Below, piece by piece: positions 49,580 through 60,641 of a DNA stretch of 64,000 bases. Each line of letters starts with the position of its first letter. The first letter of the stretch is position 1. The notes under the pieces are model-generated. The model was not told the DNA's origin. It worked only from the letters and a program-made list of their open reading frames with translations, and did no database searches. Position numbers and translations under genes: made by a program. Where the stretch lies: positions 928,001 through 992,000 of the forward strand of contig OZ223269.1 of assembly GCA_965140585.1 (NCBI GenBank), read 5' to 3'. Source of the stretch: Spirochaetia bacterium. GTDB taxonomy: Bacteria > Spirochaetota > Spirochaetia > UBA9216.

Positions 49580-49706
49580 GCCGCATTCTTAATATTAGTA
49601 AAAAAATAATATTTCCTCCTTTTTACATGATAATTTTTTCAAATAGAGTTATCTTCTTATACGGATACAAAAGTTCATATTTGTTTATTTATATAGGAGA
49701 AATACT

Positions 49707-50354
49707 ATGAGTAACTTGAGACAACTGCTGATTTTTTCAGTATTATCTGCCTCATTCATTATCGCTTCATGCGATCCATTCTCATCCCTGGAGCTGGCAT
49801 GGGATAAAACTAACCCGTCTGCTTCCGAGGCGCCGGACTTATCAAGTAAAATTTCATTCATCAGTGGTGAGCTAAACAGTACAAGTATTAATTCAACAGA
49901 TAGATCTTTTACAGTTTCTGCTGATACCTATTTTATGGGGACAATTACGGTTGAAACCCTAAATGGATTCGAGAGTTCTGCCAACGTACCTCTTGGTGCA
50001 ACTAATACATGGGATGATAATGCTTCTGCATTTTGGCTTGAGCAGCTGAATATTGAAACTGGTACAAACACGTACTCTATTGATATACATGAAACAGCAC
50101 CATCAACTCCCGGTACATATTATCTTATTATTGCATTTAACGAAGCTGAGAGTATAGAAGAAGTATTCTCATGTACTGATGTATCTGTACCTACAGCACC
50201 GGTATGGAATGACGGGAATGATGTTGCTGATTATGATTCTATACAATTAGCCGATGCTACCTCATATGGAGCAGCTGAAACAGAATATTTATATTCTGAT
50301 GGTTTTTCAAGCATCTGGCTTCCATCATTAGTGATTGAAGTAATAGTGGAATAA
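49707..50354 (+). CDS. Acidic lipoprotein
   Basis: IIASC lipobox; AGGAG RBS. Confidence 0.7.
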   Translation: MSNLRQLLIFSVLSASFIIASCDPFSSLELAWDKTNPSASEAPDLSSKISFISGELNSTSINSTDRSFTVSADTYFMGTITVETLNGFESSANVPLGATNTWDDNASAFWLEQLNIETGTNTYSIDIHETAPSTPGTYYLIIAFNEAESIEEVFSCTDVSVPTAPVWNDGNDVADYDSIQLADATSYGAAETEYLYSDGFSSIWLPSLVIEVIVE

Positions 50355-50367
50355 ATTCTTAACAAAT

Positions 50368-50399
50368 AAAAAAAGACCTGCATACGCAGGTCTTTTTTT
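50368..50399. terminator. Bidirectional intrinsic terminator
   Basis: A7-GACCTGC-atac-GCAGGTC-T7 between convergent genes. Confidence 0.9.
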
Positions 50400-50406
50400 A
50401 TTTATT

Positions 50407-51535
50407 TTATTTTTTCTTTTTAGTTATCAGCATTATTACAGCATAAACAATACCGGCAGCAATGATGGTATCAAGTGCTACTATGCTGGTAAATTTTGCT
50501 GGTGTATACTGAATGATGAATCCGAAAATTGAGCCGACTGCCCATGCTACAAGAGGAATAATTCTGATACTCGCTGATTCTTCTATCTTATCCGAATCAA
50601 AGAAGCAGTTTTCTTCACTCTTAAAGAAATAATAATCAAGTATCATTACTGAAGCTGCAGGCGGAATTAAAATCGCTATTATTCCAAGAAATGCCTGAAA
50701 ACCTCCTGCGGTATTTATACCCAGAAGCGCAAGTACAGTTCCAACAACACCCGATACAACAGTGATCACCCATTTATTGAGTTTTGGAAACATGGCATTC
50801 AGTAATAATGCACCAGAATAAAGATTGTTAGCAAGCATTACCTTTGAAAAATCAATTTCTCCGCCTGCACCGACAGTATAGGTACTGATAACTATTGAAA
50901 TTGCCATACCAAGCGGCATAGCGGCGTCTGAACTCTGCACTGCAACTTCAGCAAGAGTTTTATCTCCTGAAAAGACGCTTGCAATGTTAGCAATTATTAT
51001 GATTATAAGACTCGGTATCGCAACAATACTAAGTTTTTCTATCGTTTTAAATCCGAACATTGCGGTAAGCGTTATGAGAATACCGCCGACTACTTTGAGT
51101 ATCCATACCGGTACTGCACCTCAGAAAACGAAGGATAATCCGCCGTCTCCAAGTTCTGCTACCATAAAACCAAGCTGTACGCCGAACCAGCCCCAAAGCC
51201 CGAGGAAAAGAAGTATCTGCAGAATATTGGCTCCGTATTTACCGAATGTAAATCTTGCTGACATACCTGTTGATAATCTGGTTTGTGCGCCAAGTATACC
51301 AACTAAAATAGAAATGGCTCCAAGAACAATTGCACCGACAGCAAAAGCAGCTATTGCTGTCCTGAGTTTTGCAGGTCCTGCTATCAGACCTGCTATAAGA
51401 AATGCGGGGAGACATATAGCCGATCCCCAGTAAACGATTCCGATCTCAAACCAGTTTTTTCCTTTACCTTCCGGAACTGGTTTTGAACCGTAATCCTCTA
51501 ATACACTCTTTTTTTCTTCAATTGTGTTTTCTACC
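50407..51535 (-). pseudogene. Cytosine/purine permease (CodB-like), disrupted
   Basis: DYGSKPVP...GWFGVQ, NLYSG motifs; frameshift and internal deletion. Confidence 0.75.
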
Positions 51536-51549
51536 CCTGTATAAATAAT

Positions 51550-51785
51550 TTAAATGGATTCACTTTTTTCAACCAGATGAAGAGTAATATCCTTAACCGC
51601 TTCATCCAATAAATTTTTAAATTCTCCGGCATCTGACATCACTGAAAATTTCTGTTCATCAATTTTTGATTGCAGAGCATTAAGGAAATCAACTTCGCCG
51701 GAACCGGTCTCAGCCATAATTCCGCAAAGTCTGGATGCTCCGTCGATCAGCCTGAACGGACCGTAACCTGACGGCTCATCAAGGA
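51550..51785 (-). pseudogene. DUF6092-like small protein, 5' end apparently deleted
   Basis: DEP..YGPFRLID.ASRL motif; abuts the nitroreductase 3' end. Confidence 0.5.
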
Positions 51786-52240
51786 ATGTTCCAGTGAATA
51801 ACAACTTCTTTTCGTTTAGGATTACCGGGGTTTCCTTCAAAATATCCCTGGGTGATAAGAAGTTCAGGCATGATATTTTCGGGAGCCTTGAGGATCATTC
51901 TCACAGCATCCCTGTTGAAAGAGCGGATTACACAGCTTCCAAGTTCAAGATCATAAGCTTTAAGCATTATATTCTGAGCAGCCATTGAACAGTCCATTAT
52001 GGCCTCTGAACATACAGCAATACAGGCGGAAGGATTGCCGAGAAGACCGGGGGAAACAGTTTTTATCAGTTTTAATGCTACCGGCGAGTTTATGATAATA
52101 AACTCCCATGGCTGTGCATTACCTCCGGTTGGAGCCCATATCCCGGCTTTAACCAAGTCTGTAAGTTTTTCGGGTGTTACTTCTTTGTCAGTGAATCTTC
52201 TCACACTTCGCCTTTCAAGAATTGCTTCATCGATGTTCAT
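51779..52240 (-). CDS. Nitroreductase family protein (possibly internally deleted)
   Basis: RRSVRRF, APTGGNAQPWEF, AAQNIML.A...LGSC. Confidence 0.8.
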   Translation of the reverse strand: MNIDEAILERRSVRRFTDKEVTPEKLTDLVKAGIWAPTGGNAQPWEFIIINSPVALKLIKTVSPGLLGNPSACIAVCSEAIMDCSMAAQNIMLKAYDLELGSCVIRSFNRDAVRMILKAPENIMPELLITQGYFEGNPGNPKRKEVVIHWNIP

Positions 52241-52249
52241 ATATTTTCC

Positions 52250-53780
52250 TTATCTTTTAAGTTCACCTACAACTTTTACCCTGAAGCGTACCGCGTTGGA
52301 AGGGAGGTAGGCGAGCGGTATCTCTTCAAGCTCTACAATTTCAAGAGTTGTTTCATCAGCACCTGCTTTTACTGCTTCAGCCATTGCAGCGGTTTTTACT
52401 TCCTCAATAACCTGCTCACGCCCCTTACTTACGACATCAAATACACCATCGATACTGCCTGACACCTGGGAGATTGCTGCACCTATCGCATTAGCCACTT
52501 CAAAGTGATCAGGTTTGATAACCTCGCTTGCACCCTTAAGCTTAGAAGCAATTAGTATTGAACCGCCGCCAACCACTATAACCGGAATATCCGCAGCCAT
52601 TGTTTTCATCTTGTCAATGACTTCATTTCGTTTATTCCGCTTTCTATAAGTTTTTTATCAAGATCATCAACCTTAGATTTATCACCAAGTTCATACATAC
52701 CGTCCGCAACAGCAATATCAGTGGCAGTTAAAGTCTCTCCGCCGAATATTTTTGCTTCGGTATGTATTCTGTATCCTACCGACTGGGGGCCAACTGTTAC
52801 TCTGCCGTCCAGCTGTTTTACTTCTGAACCTCCGCCGAGACCCAGTGTTATCAGGTCTGGCATTCTGAAATTTGTTCTGACTCCGCCTATTTCTGCAGCG
52901 GATGACGACTCCCTTGGTCAATACACCTACATCAGTTGTTGTTCCTCCGACATCTGCATCAATAGCTTCCTTCATTCCGGTTAAAATCGCCGCACCCCTT
53001 AAGGTGTTTGTCGGTCCTGATGCGATAGTCAGAACCGGGTATTTTTTAGCGTATTCAATTGAAATCAGAGTACCGTCATTCTGAGTAATGAAAAGATCGG
53101 CTTTAATATTATGTTCAAGAAGGACGTTCTGAAATGAACTGTAGGCATTTTCTGTGAGTTTTCTGATATCGGAGTTGAGTATTGCAGCATTCTCTCTCTC
53201 TATGATACCAATCGAACCAATTTCACTTGATTTTGTAACAGGAAAATCAGCTCCGAATACTTCCGCAGCTAACTCCGCCACAAGACTTTCCTGCTCATCA
53301 TTTACAAGTGAGAATCCCCCCGGAGACAGCAAGAGCCTCTGCACCATGTGCTTTTATATCATTTAAGGCTTTTAAAATTTCATCTTTATCTGTGTTTGAT
53401 ATAAGAGCGCCGTGGTATTCATAGCCTCCCTTTACGATAACGTAAAAATGGTCAACTGCTTTTAAAATATCATCCGGCCATTCGATAAATGAAGGAATTG
53501 CAAAACCTGACGGCGCTGCAAGCCTTATTACTCCGACTTTAGAAAGACTTTTTCTTTCAACAATGGCATTGGTACCGTGAGTTGTTCCAAGCATGGCATC
53601 AGCTATATCCGCCGGGTTAATTGCGGAATCATTAAGGACTTGTTCAACAGCATTTTTAATTCCCGTTGAAATATCGGCTGAAGTTGCCTTTTTACATTTT
53701 GCAATTACCTTGTTCTTATCATCAAGAATGACTGCGTCTGTGTTGGTTCCGCCGACATCTATTCCAAGTCTGTATTTCAT
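52250..53780 (-). pseudogene. Hydantoinase/oxoprolinase A-type, split into four frames
   Basis: GIDVGGTNTD, GTT..TNA, SGPTN, DVGGTTTD, GGGS, VANAIGAA. Confidence 0.88.
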
Positions 53781-54868
53781 TTTGACCTCCCTGCTGCAAG
53801 CTCTTCAATTGGTGTGTAATCATAGTCATACTTGAAATAACTAGGTCCAACCTGTGCTATTCCTGCTTCGCTTCTCCAGAATGAATCACATGGAATACCA
53901 AGGACAACAACCCTCTGGCCGTATTTAAGACTTTCAGTTGTAATAGGGAAGCCTTTTTCCTTATCAAGTACAGTTATTAGATCGGGAGTAAGAGCTACGG
54001 GCTGTCCGTCACGGCTGCCGACCAGATTTTCATTCTGGAAATCAAGCTGAAAATCTGAACCCTTGCAGCTTTCAATACCTTCAATAAGAACCTTCCCACG
54101 AACAAAGCCTGTAGTCAGATCCCGCTGAACATCTGTTATCTTACCTTCAAAAAGATTAAATCCGTTTGTAACATCTATCAGCCCTGCAATAGGATCATCT
54201 TTTTCTTTGTTTGCCTGGATTAATCTTTTTCCTATCGCCTTTGCAAAAGACATTGTTCCTTTTACTGAATATTTTTTCAGCTGTTCTCCGGTAATACAGT
54301 AGATTGCAATCATTGAAGCCAGACCCATCGCAACTGTTGCGGTTCTTGCAAAAGTTTCAGACCAGGCATTCGTAATTGTATCAATTACGAGTTTATTTCC
54401 CTTTTCATCACAGACCACCATAGTAGTGGCATCTATTCCTCCGACACCGAAGGTAGTCATGGGAAGTTCAGGAAAAGCCCGGCCCATACCGTCAGCATCA
54501 ACCAGAGGCAGATTCAGACTGGCCGCGGTATAGATAGGAATAGTTGAATTCAGGCCTCCGGCTTCAATCGGAATTACAGCAAAGGCTTTTTTCCATAAAT
54601 GCTTTTCAAGGCTGCGGAAGGAATTTGCCGGCTCACTTCCGTTTGGAAGTTTTTCCAGCATAACAGCCGGAGCTCCCATCATTGCTGACGGGATAACAGT
54701 TTCATCATCAGGAACTTCATCAGCTGTAATCAATTTAACTTCGCCGTGTTCTTTTATCGCCTGCTTAGCCATTAGTTTTCCAACGTAGGGATCACCCCCG
54801 CCGCCGGCACCAAGAATGGCCGCACCAATTGCGATATAGTCCATGTCTTCTTCGGTAAGATAAGTCAT
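53777..54868 (-). CDS. DUF917-family protein
   Basis: GAAILGAGGGG, EAGGLN, VDADGMGRAFPE, FQNENL, PDLI. Confidence 0.9.
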   Translation of the reverse strand: MTYLTEEDMDYIAIGAAILGAGGGGDPYVGKLMAKQAIKEHGEVKLITADEVPDDETVIPSAMMGAPAVMLEKLPNGSEPANSFRSLEKHLWKKAFAVIPIEAGGLNSTIPIYTAASLNLPLVDADGMGRAFPELPMTTFGVGGIDATTMVVCDEKGNKLVIDTITNAWSETFARTATVAMGLASMIAIYCITGEQLKKYSVKGTMSFAKAIGKRLIQANKEKDDPIAGLIDVTNGFNLFEGKITDVQRDLTTGFVRGKVLIEGIESCKGSDFQLDFQNENLVGSRDGQPVALTPDLITVLDKEKGFPITTESLKYGQRVVVLGIPCDSFWRSEAGIAQVGPSYFKYDYDYTPIEELAAGRSK

Positions 54869-54886
54869 TATTTATATCCTTTAAAA

Positions 54887-55342
54887 TTAAAGTACATAGC
54901 GCAGCTGAAAGTTAGCTCCGCCAATAGTAAAAAAGGTTTCGGTACTGGTTATTCCTTCAACCTCAAGTAATTCTTCTTCCAGAAATCTCTCATATGTGTA
55001 TTCCTGATTGAAAAGCATTACAGCAATAACATCAAACCTGCCGCTCACTCTGGCAGCTCCGACAACACCTTTTAATTGTGATATCTGCTGAAGACAGGTT
55101 TTTACCTTGCTCGGCAGTATGTTGAAACCAATAAATGCAGAACTGTGGCCTTCAACTGAGGATACCTCAACCAGGCTGTTAATCTGAAGCAGTCCGTTAT
55201 CAAGAAGTCTGTTGACCCTGTTTCGGACTGTATTTGTAGTGAGTCCGACTTTATCAGCAACTTCACTGTACGGTGCTCGTCCGTCCCAAAGATTTTTAAC
55301 AATTTCCAAATCTGTTTTATCTAATTTATTTTCATTTTCCAT
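54887..55342 (-). CDS. Lrp/AsnC regulator
   Basis: LDKTD..I...L.DGR......VA..VG....TV..RV. Confidence 0.9.
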   Translation of the reverse strand: MENENKLDKTDLEIVKNLWDGRAPYSEVADKVGLTTNTVRNRVNRLLDNGLLQINSLVEVSSVEGHSSAFIGFNILPSKVKTCLQQISQLKGVVGAARVSGRFDVIAVMLFNQEYTYERFLEEELLEVEGITSTETFFTIGGANFQLRYVL

Positions 55343-55474
55343 ATGTCAAAAATAATACGGTCTATTTTATGATGTTTGTATTTATCTTTATATGAATGTA
55401 GATGTGTATTTTTTTGCACTTGCACATTGATAAATTATCAAAAAACGGATGTATAATTGTGATATAATACGTTC

Positions 55475-56155
55475 ATGAGTGTAGAAAAAGTCTTCTGGCA
55501 GGATCCCTATCTGCAGAATCTCGATGCTGTCATATCCCGTATTGATGGAAACGATGTAATACTGGATAAAACCATAATATATTCATTTTCAGGGGGGCAG
55601 GAATCAGATTCCGCTTCAATAGGCGGAAATAAGGTTATTGATTCAAGAATTGAGGACCACGAGATCATCTATACTGTAAATCGGGAATATGACCTGTTTG
55701 CTGGTCAGAAAATTAAAATGCATATCGACTGGCCTAGAAGGTATAGACTTATGAGGCTGCATTTCGCCGCAGAACTTGTTCTTGAACTGGTTTATCAGAA
55801 ATATAATAAACCATATAAAACAGGTGCACATATTAGCCCTGCGAAGGCAAGGCTGGATTTTGAATGGAATGGAAATATCAATGAGGCTATAAATATTATT
55901 AAACCTGATCTTGAGATGCTTATAAATGAAAATCATGATATCCACAGTTTTTTCACAGATGAGAAAAATGAAATACGATGCTGGGAAATTGATGATTTTG
56001 CATGTGTTAATTGCGGTGGAACTCATCTTCGGACTACCAGTGAAATTGGTGAAGTAAGGCTAAAAAGAAATAATATTGGGAAAGGAAGGGAAAGGATAGA
56101 AATAACCCTCATGGATCCTGACCTTTCTATCAACGATGGAGACAGCCGTGTATAG
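55475..56155 (+). CDS. AlaX-type alanyl-tRNA editing protein
   Basis: GGQESD, MRLHFAAE, CGGTH. Confidence 0.88.
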   Translation: MSVEKVFWQDPYLQNLDAVISRIDGNDVILDKTIIYSFSGGQESDSASIGGNKVIDSRIEDHEIIYTVNREYDLFAGQKIKMHIDWPRRYRLMRLHFAAELVLELVYQKYNKPYKTGAHISPAKARLDFEWNGNINEAINIIKPDLEMLINENHDIHSFFTDEKNEIRCWEIDDFACVNCGGTHLRTTSEIGEVRLKRNNIGKGRERIEITLMDPDLSINDGDSRV

Positions 56156-56723
56156 AATTGAAAAATTCCATATCAGCCGGTTGGATGACTGGTATGATTA
56201 TTTTGATAAGCATGCATTCAGTGATAATCCTGGATGGCAGAGCTGCTACTGTACGTATTTTCACTCCCCGAAAAATCTTTTGATGCCTGACGGAAAGAGA
56301 TTCAAAACCAACAGAGATTATGCCGGATATCTTCTTGAACAGAATATTCTTCAGGGCTATATTGCTCTTGATGATGAGAACAGGATAATAGGCTGGTGTA
56401 ATACAAATCAGCGCAATTCATTCCCCAGGATAGTTGAATCCATCGGACAAACAATTGCAGAAGATACTATATCAATTACCTGTTTTGTCATAGCAAAGGA
56501 GCACAGAGGCAAGGGTATTTCTAAACTGTTTATTAATAGAATAATTCAGGATGCCGGCCTGAATGGAATCAGGTACATCGAAGCTTACCCCAAAAAAAGA
56601 GCCAGATCAGATTCAGGTAATTTCCACGGATATTTTAAGACTTACCAGAAGTTCGGATTCAATGAAGAGACTATTAACAATATGCTTGTAATGCGAATTG
56701 ACATAAAAGGAGAAACAAAATGA
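56136..56723 (+). CDS. GNAT acetyltransferase
   Basis: CF.IAKEHRGKGIS, IEAYP. Confidence 0.85.
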   Translation: METAVYRIEKFHISRLDDWYDYFDKHAFSDNPGWQSCYCTYFHSPKNLLMPDGKRFKTNRDYAGYLLEQNILQGYIALDDENRIIGWCNTNQRNSFPRIVESIGQTIAEDTISITCFVIAKEHRGKGISKLFINRIIQDAGLNGIRYIEAYPKKRARSDSGNFHGYFKTYQKFGFNEETINNMLVMRIDIKGETK

Positions 56724-57313
56724 AGGCAAGTATCATACTGGCTCATCCTTTCAAAGAAAGTTTCAACCATGCAATCTTTGCACGTTCAGTAAAGACATTT
56801 GAAAATATAGGAATAGCAACCTTTGCTCACGACCTTTATGCTGAAAAATTCAATCCGATTCTCACGGTTAATGAACTTGGCTGGAATAAATCGGAAGATC
56901 CACTTGTTAATAAATATTCTGAAGAGCTGGTTGAATCTGATTATCTTGTGTTCATTCATCCAAACTGGTGGGGGCAGCCGCCGGCAATGCTAAAAGGTTA
57001 TATAGATCGGGTTTTCAGGCCGCCTCATGCTTATGATATGCCGGAGGACGGTTCAGGCGGAGGCCTGCCTATTGAGAAACTGAAAGGTAAATACGGCATT
57101 GTTTTTAATACTTCAAATACACCTGAAACCCGGGAGAATAATTATTTTGGCGATCCGTTGGAAAATGAGTGGATAAAATGTACATTCGGCTTTTGCGGCA
57201 TCACTGACAGCTATCGCAAAATGTTCAGGATAATAGCTGACAGTGATGAAGAACAGAGAACTCTATGGCTTGAAGAAGTTGAAAAAACACTTATACAAAT
57301 AGTATCAGAGTAA
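56720..57313 (+). CDS. NAD(P)H-dependent oxidoreductase (flavodoxin_2)
   Basis: AHP...SFN, HPNWWGQPPAMLKGYIDRV. Confidence 0.88.
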   Translation: MKASIILAHPFKESFNHAIFARSVKTFENIGIATFAHDLYAEKFNPILTVNELGWNKSEDPLVNKYSEELVESDYLVFIHPNWWGQPPAMLKGYIDRVFRPPHAYDMPEDGSGGGLPIEKLKGKYGIVFNTSNTPETRENNYFGDPLENEWIKCTFGFCGITDSYRKMFRIIADSDEEQRTLWLEEVEKTLIQIVSE

Positions 57314-57335
57314 ATAGAAGCAGAGCAATAACTTA

Positions 57336-57761
57336 TTAAGTTTTAGATTTTTCACCGATATAAACCCCGATGATAATCAGAGCTGTTCCTGCAACCGCCA
57401 TAAAAGGCTGCTTTATAACTCCTCTGAAATAATCAATAATTGCGGCAGTAAAAACCTGCCCGCCTATCATCATAACAGTTGCCTTGGCGGCTCCGATTTT
57501 CGGTACGACAAAATTTGAAATAGTGACGTACAAGGCTCCGATAAAGCCTCCTAAATAAGCATAGAATGGAATTTCGGCATATTTAAATGCATAACTGTTC
57601 ATAACAGCAACAATTACAGCCATTACAGCAGAACCCGTAAGATGGTTCCACAGTGAAGCTCCGGCTGGATTTATCAGACTGCCAAGTTTTGCGTTTATTG
57701 ATCTTGCAAGTATTCCGACCATTCCGCTGAATAAAGCTAGAAGAATAAAGGGAATTATCAT
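57336..57761 (-). CDS. DMT (YdcZ-like) transporter
   Basis: NAKL, YLGG.IGA, GQ....IID. Confidence 0.85.
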   Translation of the reverse strand: MIIPFILLALFSGMVGILARSINAKLGSLINPAGASLWNHLTGSAVMAVIVAVMNSYAFKYAEIPFYAYLGGFIGALYVTISNFVVPKIGAAKATVMMIGGQVFTAAIIDYFRGVIKQPFMAVAGTALIIIGVYIGEKSKT

Positions 57762-58219
57762 GCATTCCCCCTTGAATTAATAATCAGAAGGGCACCGGTT
57801 AAAATACACAGAAGCCTGATAATATCTCTTAATCCAGGCGTTCTTCTTGTTTCTACAATAAACCCGGTATAGTCAAATAAAAGAGCCGCTGAGGTTTGTC
57901 CAAGAATCAGACAGCTTAAACTGCCGGCAAGTCCTAAAGGCGAATTAACAACTATATTTGAAATTACCACCGTTAAGGATCCTGCGACACCGCCGGTGTA
58001 TGCCCACAAGGGGGCTTCCTTCGAAAACAGGATCCCTTTGCGATGACTGTTTATAATAAGCCAGAGGATAAAACTGCCTGATAATCCGGCTACATGTACA
58101 ATTAAGGAACTGAAAAATGGATTGGTATACCGGCTTAATATACCATTAAATAAAACCATTAAAGCAAGGCAGCCGCCTGCTGCTGTTGCGGCAAATGTAT
58201 AAATACGATCGTTAATCAT
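57758..58219 (-). CDS. DMT (YdcZ-like) transporter
   Basis: NG.L, YTGG.AG, GQ....LFD. Confidence 0.82.
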   Translation of the reverse strand: MINDRIYTFAATAAGGCLALMVLFNGILSRYTNPFFSSLIVHVAGLSGSFILWLIINSHRKGILFSKEAPLWAYTGGVAGSLTVVISNIVVNSPLGLAGSLSCLILGQTSAALLFDYTGFIVETRRTPGLRDIIRLLCILTGALLIINSRGNA

Positions 58220-58421
58220 CGTCCTCATCATCGTCGAAAATGAATAATTCATCAATAGAAGAATATAGTATTTTTGCTATTCGATGAGCCAGTTTAATCG
58301 AAGGATTGTAATTTCCTTTCTCAATAAAACTTATAGTTTCTCTTCTGGCATTAACAAGAACTCCCAGCTGTTCCTGTGTCAGGTCATATCTGGCTCTGAA
58401 TTCCTTTATCCTTGTTCTCAT
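58212..58421 (-). CDS. XRE HTH regulator
   Basis: LTQEQL...RETI..IEKG.YNPS. Confidence 0.88.
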   Translation of the reverse strand: MRTRIKEFRARYDLTQEQLGVLVNARRETISFIEKGNYNPSIKLAHRIAKILYSSIDELFIFDDDEDDD

Positions 58422-58807
58422 TCAGCCGATAACCTTTTATTGTAGATGATTCGGGATATAAAAAAAGTTATCAGACTTATCAAAAATGTATAAGTAACCA
58501 AAGGTTCAGAATCTATACTGAATGAAAAGAAGTTGTGTATCAATGAAAACATCGAAAGCAGCGCATATATCGAAACAAGTGAATTTCGCATACTTTTTAA
58601 TGAAATCAATTCAGTTAATTCATCTTTTTGTACAATATGTAATTTTTGCTGCCTGATTACCAAAATTAAAAAAACAGAAGTAACGCAGACAAAAACAATA
58701 ATTGATGTAATTGAACCTTCAGTAAAACCATTTCTTATAAAATATCCTGCTGCCGATATAGCTGCCATTACAGATCCAATTAATAATGCTATGTTTTCTT
58801 TTTTCAT
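58418..58807 (-). CDS. DUF2178-like membrane protein
   Basis: 4 TMs with central KDEL...S motif; coupled to the HTH gene. Confidence 0.6.
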   Translation of the reverse strand: MKKENIALLIGSVMAAISAAGYFIRNGFTEGSITSIIVFVCVTSVFLILVIRQQKLHIVQKDELTELISLKSMRNSLVSIYALLSMFSLIHNFFSFSIDSEPLVTYTFLISLITFFISRIIYNKRLSAE

Positions 58808-58929
58808 ATTTTCTCCTTTGTTAAATATATCCATCTATTTGTTATATATATATCACATTTGTATAAAAGTCAAATTTTATATTCAGATATGCTATAATTT
58901 TGTTAAAATTGATTTAACAGGAATTAAAA

Positions 58930-59565
58930 TTGGAAAAAATAATAGAAGGTTTATACATCATAAAAAATGTCGGAGTTGCAAATGTTTTTGTTATAGGTGA
59001 TAAGGAAAACTATTCATTGATCGATACCGGAATGGAAAACGGTACAGATTATCTTATAAAAGAACTTAAAGAAAACGGTTTTGAACCAGGCAGACTATCG
59101 AGAATTATACTATCGCATTATCACCCCGATCATGTTGGCGGACTTAAAAAACTTATGCTGCTTTCGGCGGCAGTGCTTGAAGCTCATGAAAATGATGTCG
59201 ATTCAATAACAAGTGTGCTCTGCAGCTGCGGATGCTGCAGGGATAAAATTGATGTCGAATTAAAAGATGGGGATTTTATTGATTTGATTGGAGGTCTTGA
59301 GGTAATCAATGTAAGCGGACATACTCCGGGAAGCATTGCTCTATACCAGAGAGATAAAAAAATAATGTTTTTCGGAGATGTAATTAAGGATATAGAAGGA
59401 CAGGGCCTGTGTATAGGAGCCCAACACTATAACCATGACACAGAGCAGACACTTTTGGATGGACAGAAACTTCTCGATTATGAAATTGAAATCGCTTTAT
59501 TCAGTCATGGTGATCCTATTCTAAACCGGGATATCGATCGATTGTATCAGCTTAAAAGACATTAA
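58930..59565 (+). CDS. Metallo-beta-lactamase fold hydrolase
   Basis: HYHPDH, GHTPGS, GD, HG. Confidence 0.88.
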   Translation: MEKIIEGLYIIKNVGVANVFVIGDKENYSLIDTGMENGTDYLIKELKENGFEPGRLSRIILSHYHPDHVGGLKKLMLLSAAVLEAHENDVDSITSVLCSCGCCRDKIDVELKDGDFIDLIGGLEVINVSGHTPGSIALYQRDKKIMFFGDVIKDIEGQGLCIGAQHYNHDTEQTLLDGQKLLDYEIEIALFSHGDPILNRDIDRLYQLKRH

Positions 59566-59683
59566 TAATATGTTCGAATACAGAGATTTAAAAAATACGG
59601 ATCTTGAATCTATTCACAAAACCTTTTTTGATGCTTTTATGGAAATTATTATCAACAAGCTTAAAATGTGCAGGGAGTTTAAA

Positions 59684-60070
59684 ATGAAAAAAAATATAAA
59701 TCTTGTTACAATATGGACTGATAAAATTGAAGATATGAAAAATTTTTATTCAAACGTGCTGGGATTCGAAATAATTAATGATCTTGGAGATTATGTAGAA
59801 TTTTATAATGAAGGATGTAGATTTGCGATTTGTAAAAGAGCTGTAATGTTTGGGACTTCTGAGGCTTTCAAAGAAGAACCCAGGGGGCAAATATTAGAGC
59901 TTGCTTTCCCCTGTGAGTCTGTAGAGGATCTTGAAACCTCATATAAAAATATTATTTCAAAAGGTGCTGTCGCAGTACAGGGACCTTCAAATATGCCATG
60001 GAACCAGCGTACAGCTTTTTTTAAAGATCCTGATGGTAATATACACGAGCTTTTCACTGAATTAAATTAA
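59684..60070 (+). CDS. VOC/glyoxalase family protein
   Basis: FY..VLG, PWNQRTAFFKDPDGN. Confidence 0.88.
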   Translation: MKKNINLVTIWTDKIEDMKNFYSNVLGFEIINDLGDYVEFYNEGCRFAICKRAVMFGTSEAFKEEPRGQILELAFPCESVEDLETSYKNIISKGAVAVQGPSNMPWNQRTAFFKDPDGNIHELFTELN

Positions 60071-60083
60071 ACGGCGGTACTAA

Positions 60084-60641
60084 ATGCAGTATGTAACAGA
60101 GCGTCTTGTTTTAAAATATCCCGATGACTCCTGCGCCAAAGATTATCTTGAATATCTTATAAGAAACAGGGATTTCCTGAGAGAATGGGAACCTTCACGC
60201 ACAGATTCATATTTCACAATTGACTCTGCAAATGGTTTTCTCAAAGAACAACTGGAAGGTATAATCAGCAAAACCTCTCTTACCTTATTAATAAGTAATA
60301 AAAACGACTCAAAAATAATCGGTACAGTCAGTTTATCAAATATCGTCAGAGGCGTTTTTCAGTCGTGCTTTCTTGGATACAAACTTGATGCTGATGAGAT
60401 AAAAAAAGGGAAAATGTCAGAGGCAGTTAAGAAGATTATAAATATTGGATTTTCAGAACTTAAACTTCATCGAATTGAAGCTAACATCATGCCCAGAAAT
60501 ATAGATTCGATAGAACTTGTTAAAAAGATGGGTTTTACTAATGAAGGGTTAAGCCCTAAATATTTAAAAATTAATGATAGATGGGAAGACCATCTGCATT
60601 TTGCTATTCTTAATGATATGGAGGATGAAAATGAATATTAG
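60084..60641 (+). CDS. RimJ-like GNAT acetyltransferase
   Basis: LGY, LHRIEANIMPRN..S, YLKIN..WEDH. Confidence 0.88.
   Translation: MQYVTERLVLKYPDDSCAKDYLEYLIRNRDFLREWEPSRTDSYFTIDSANGFLKEQLEGIISKTSLTLLISNKNDSKIIGTVSLSNIVRGVFQSCFLGYKLDADEIKKGKMSEAVKKIINIGFSELKLHRIEANIMPRNIDSIELVKKMGFTNEGLSPKYLKINDRWEDHLHFAILNDMEDENEY

Noticed and set aside
41604-57313. Stop-codon recoding as the explanation for broken genes
   Set aside because: Interruptions use TAG, TAA and TGA as well as indels, and intact genes end at all three stop codons.
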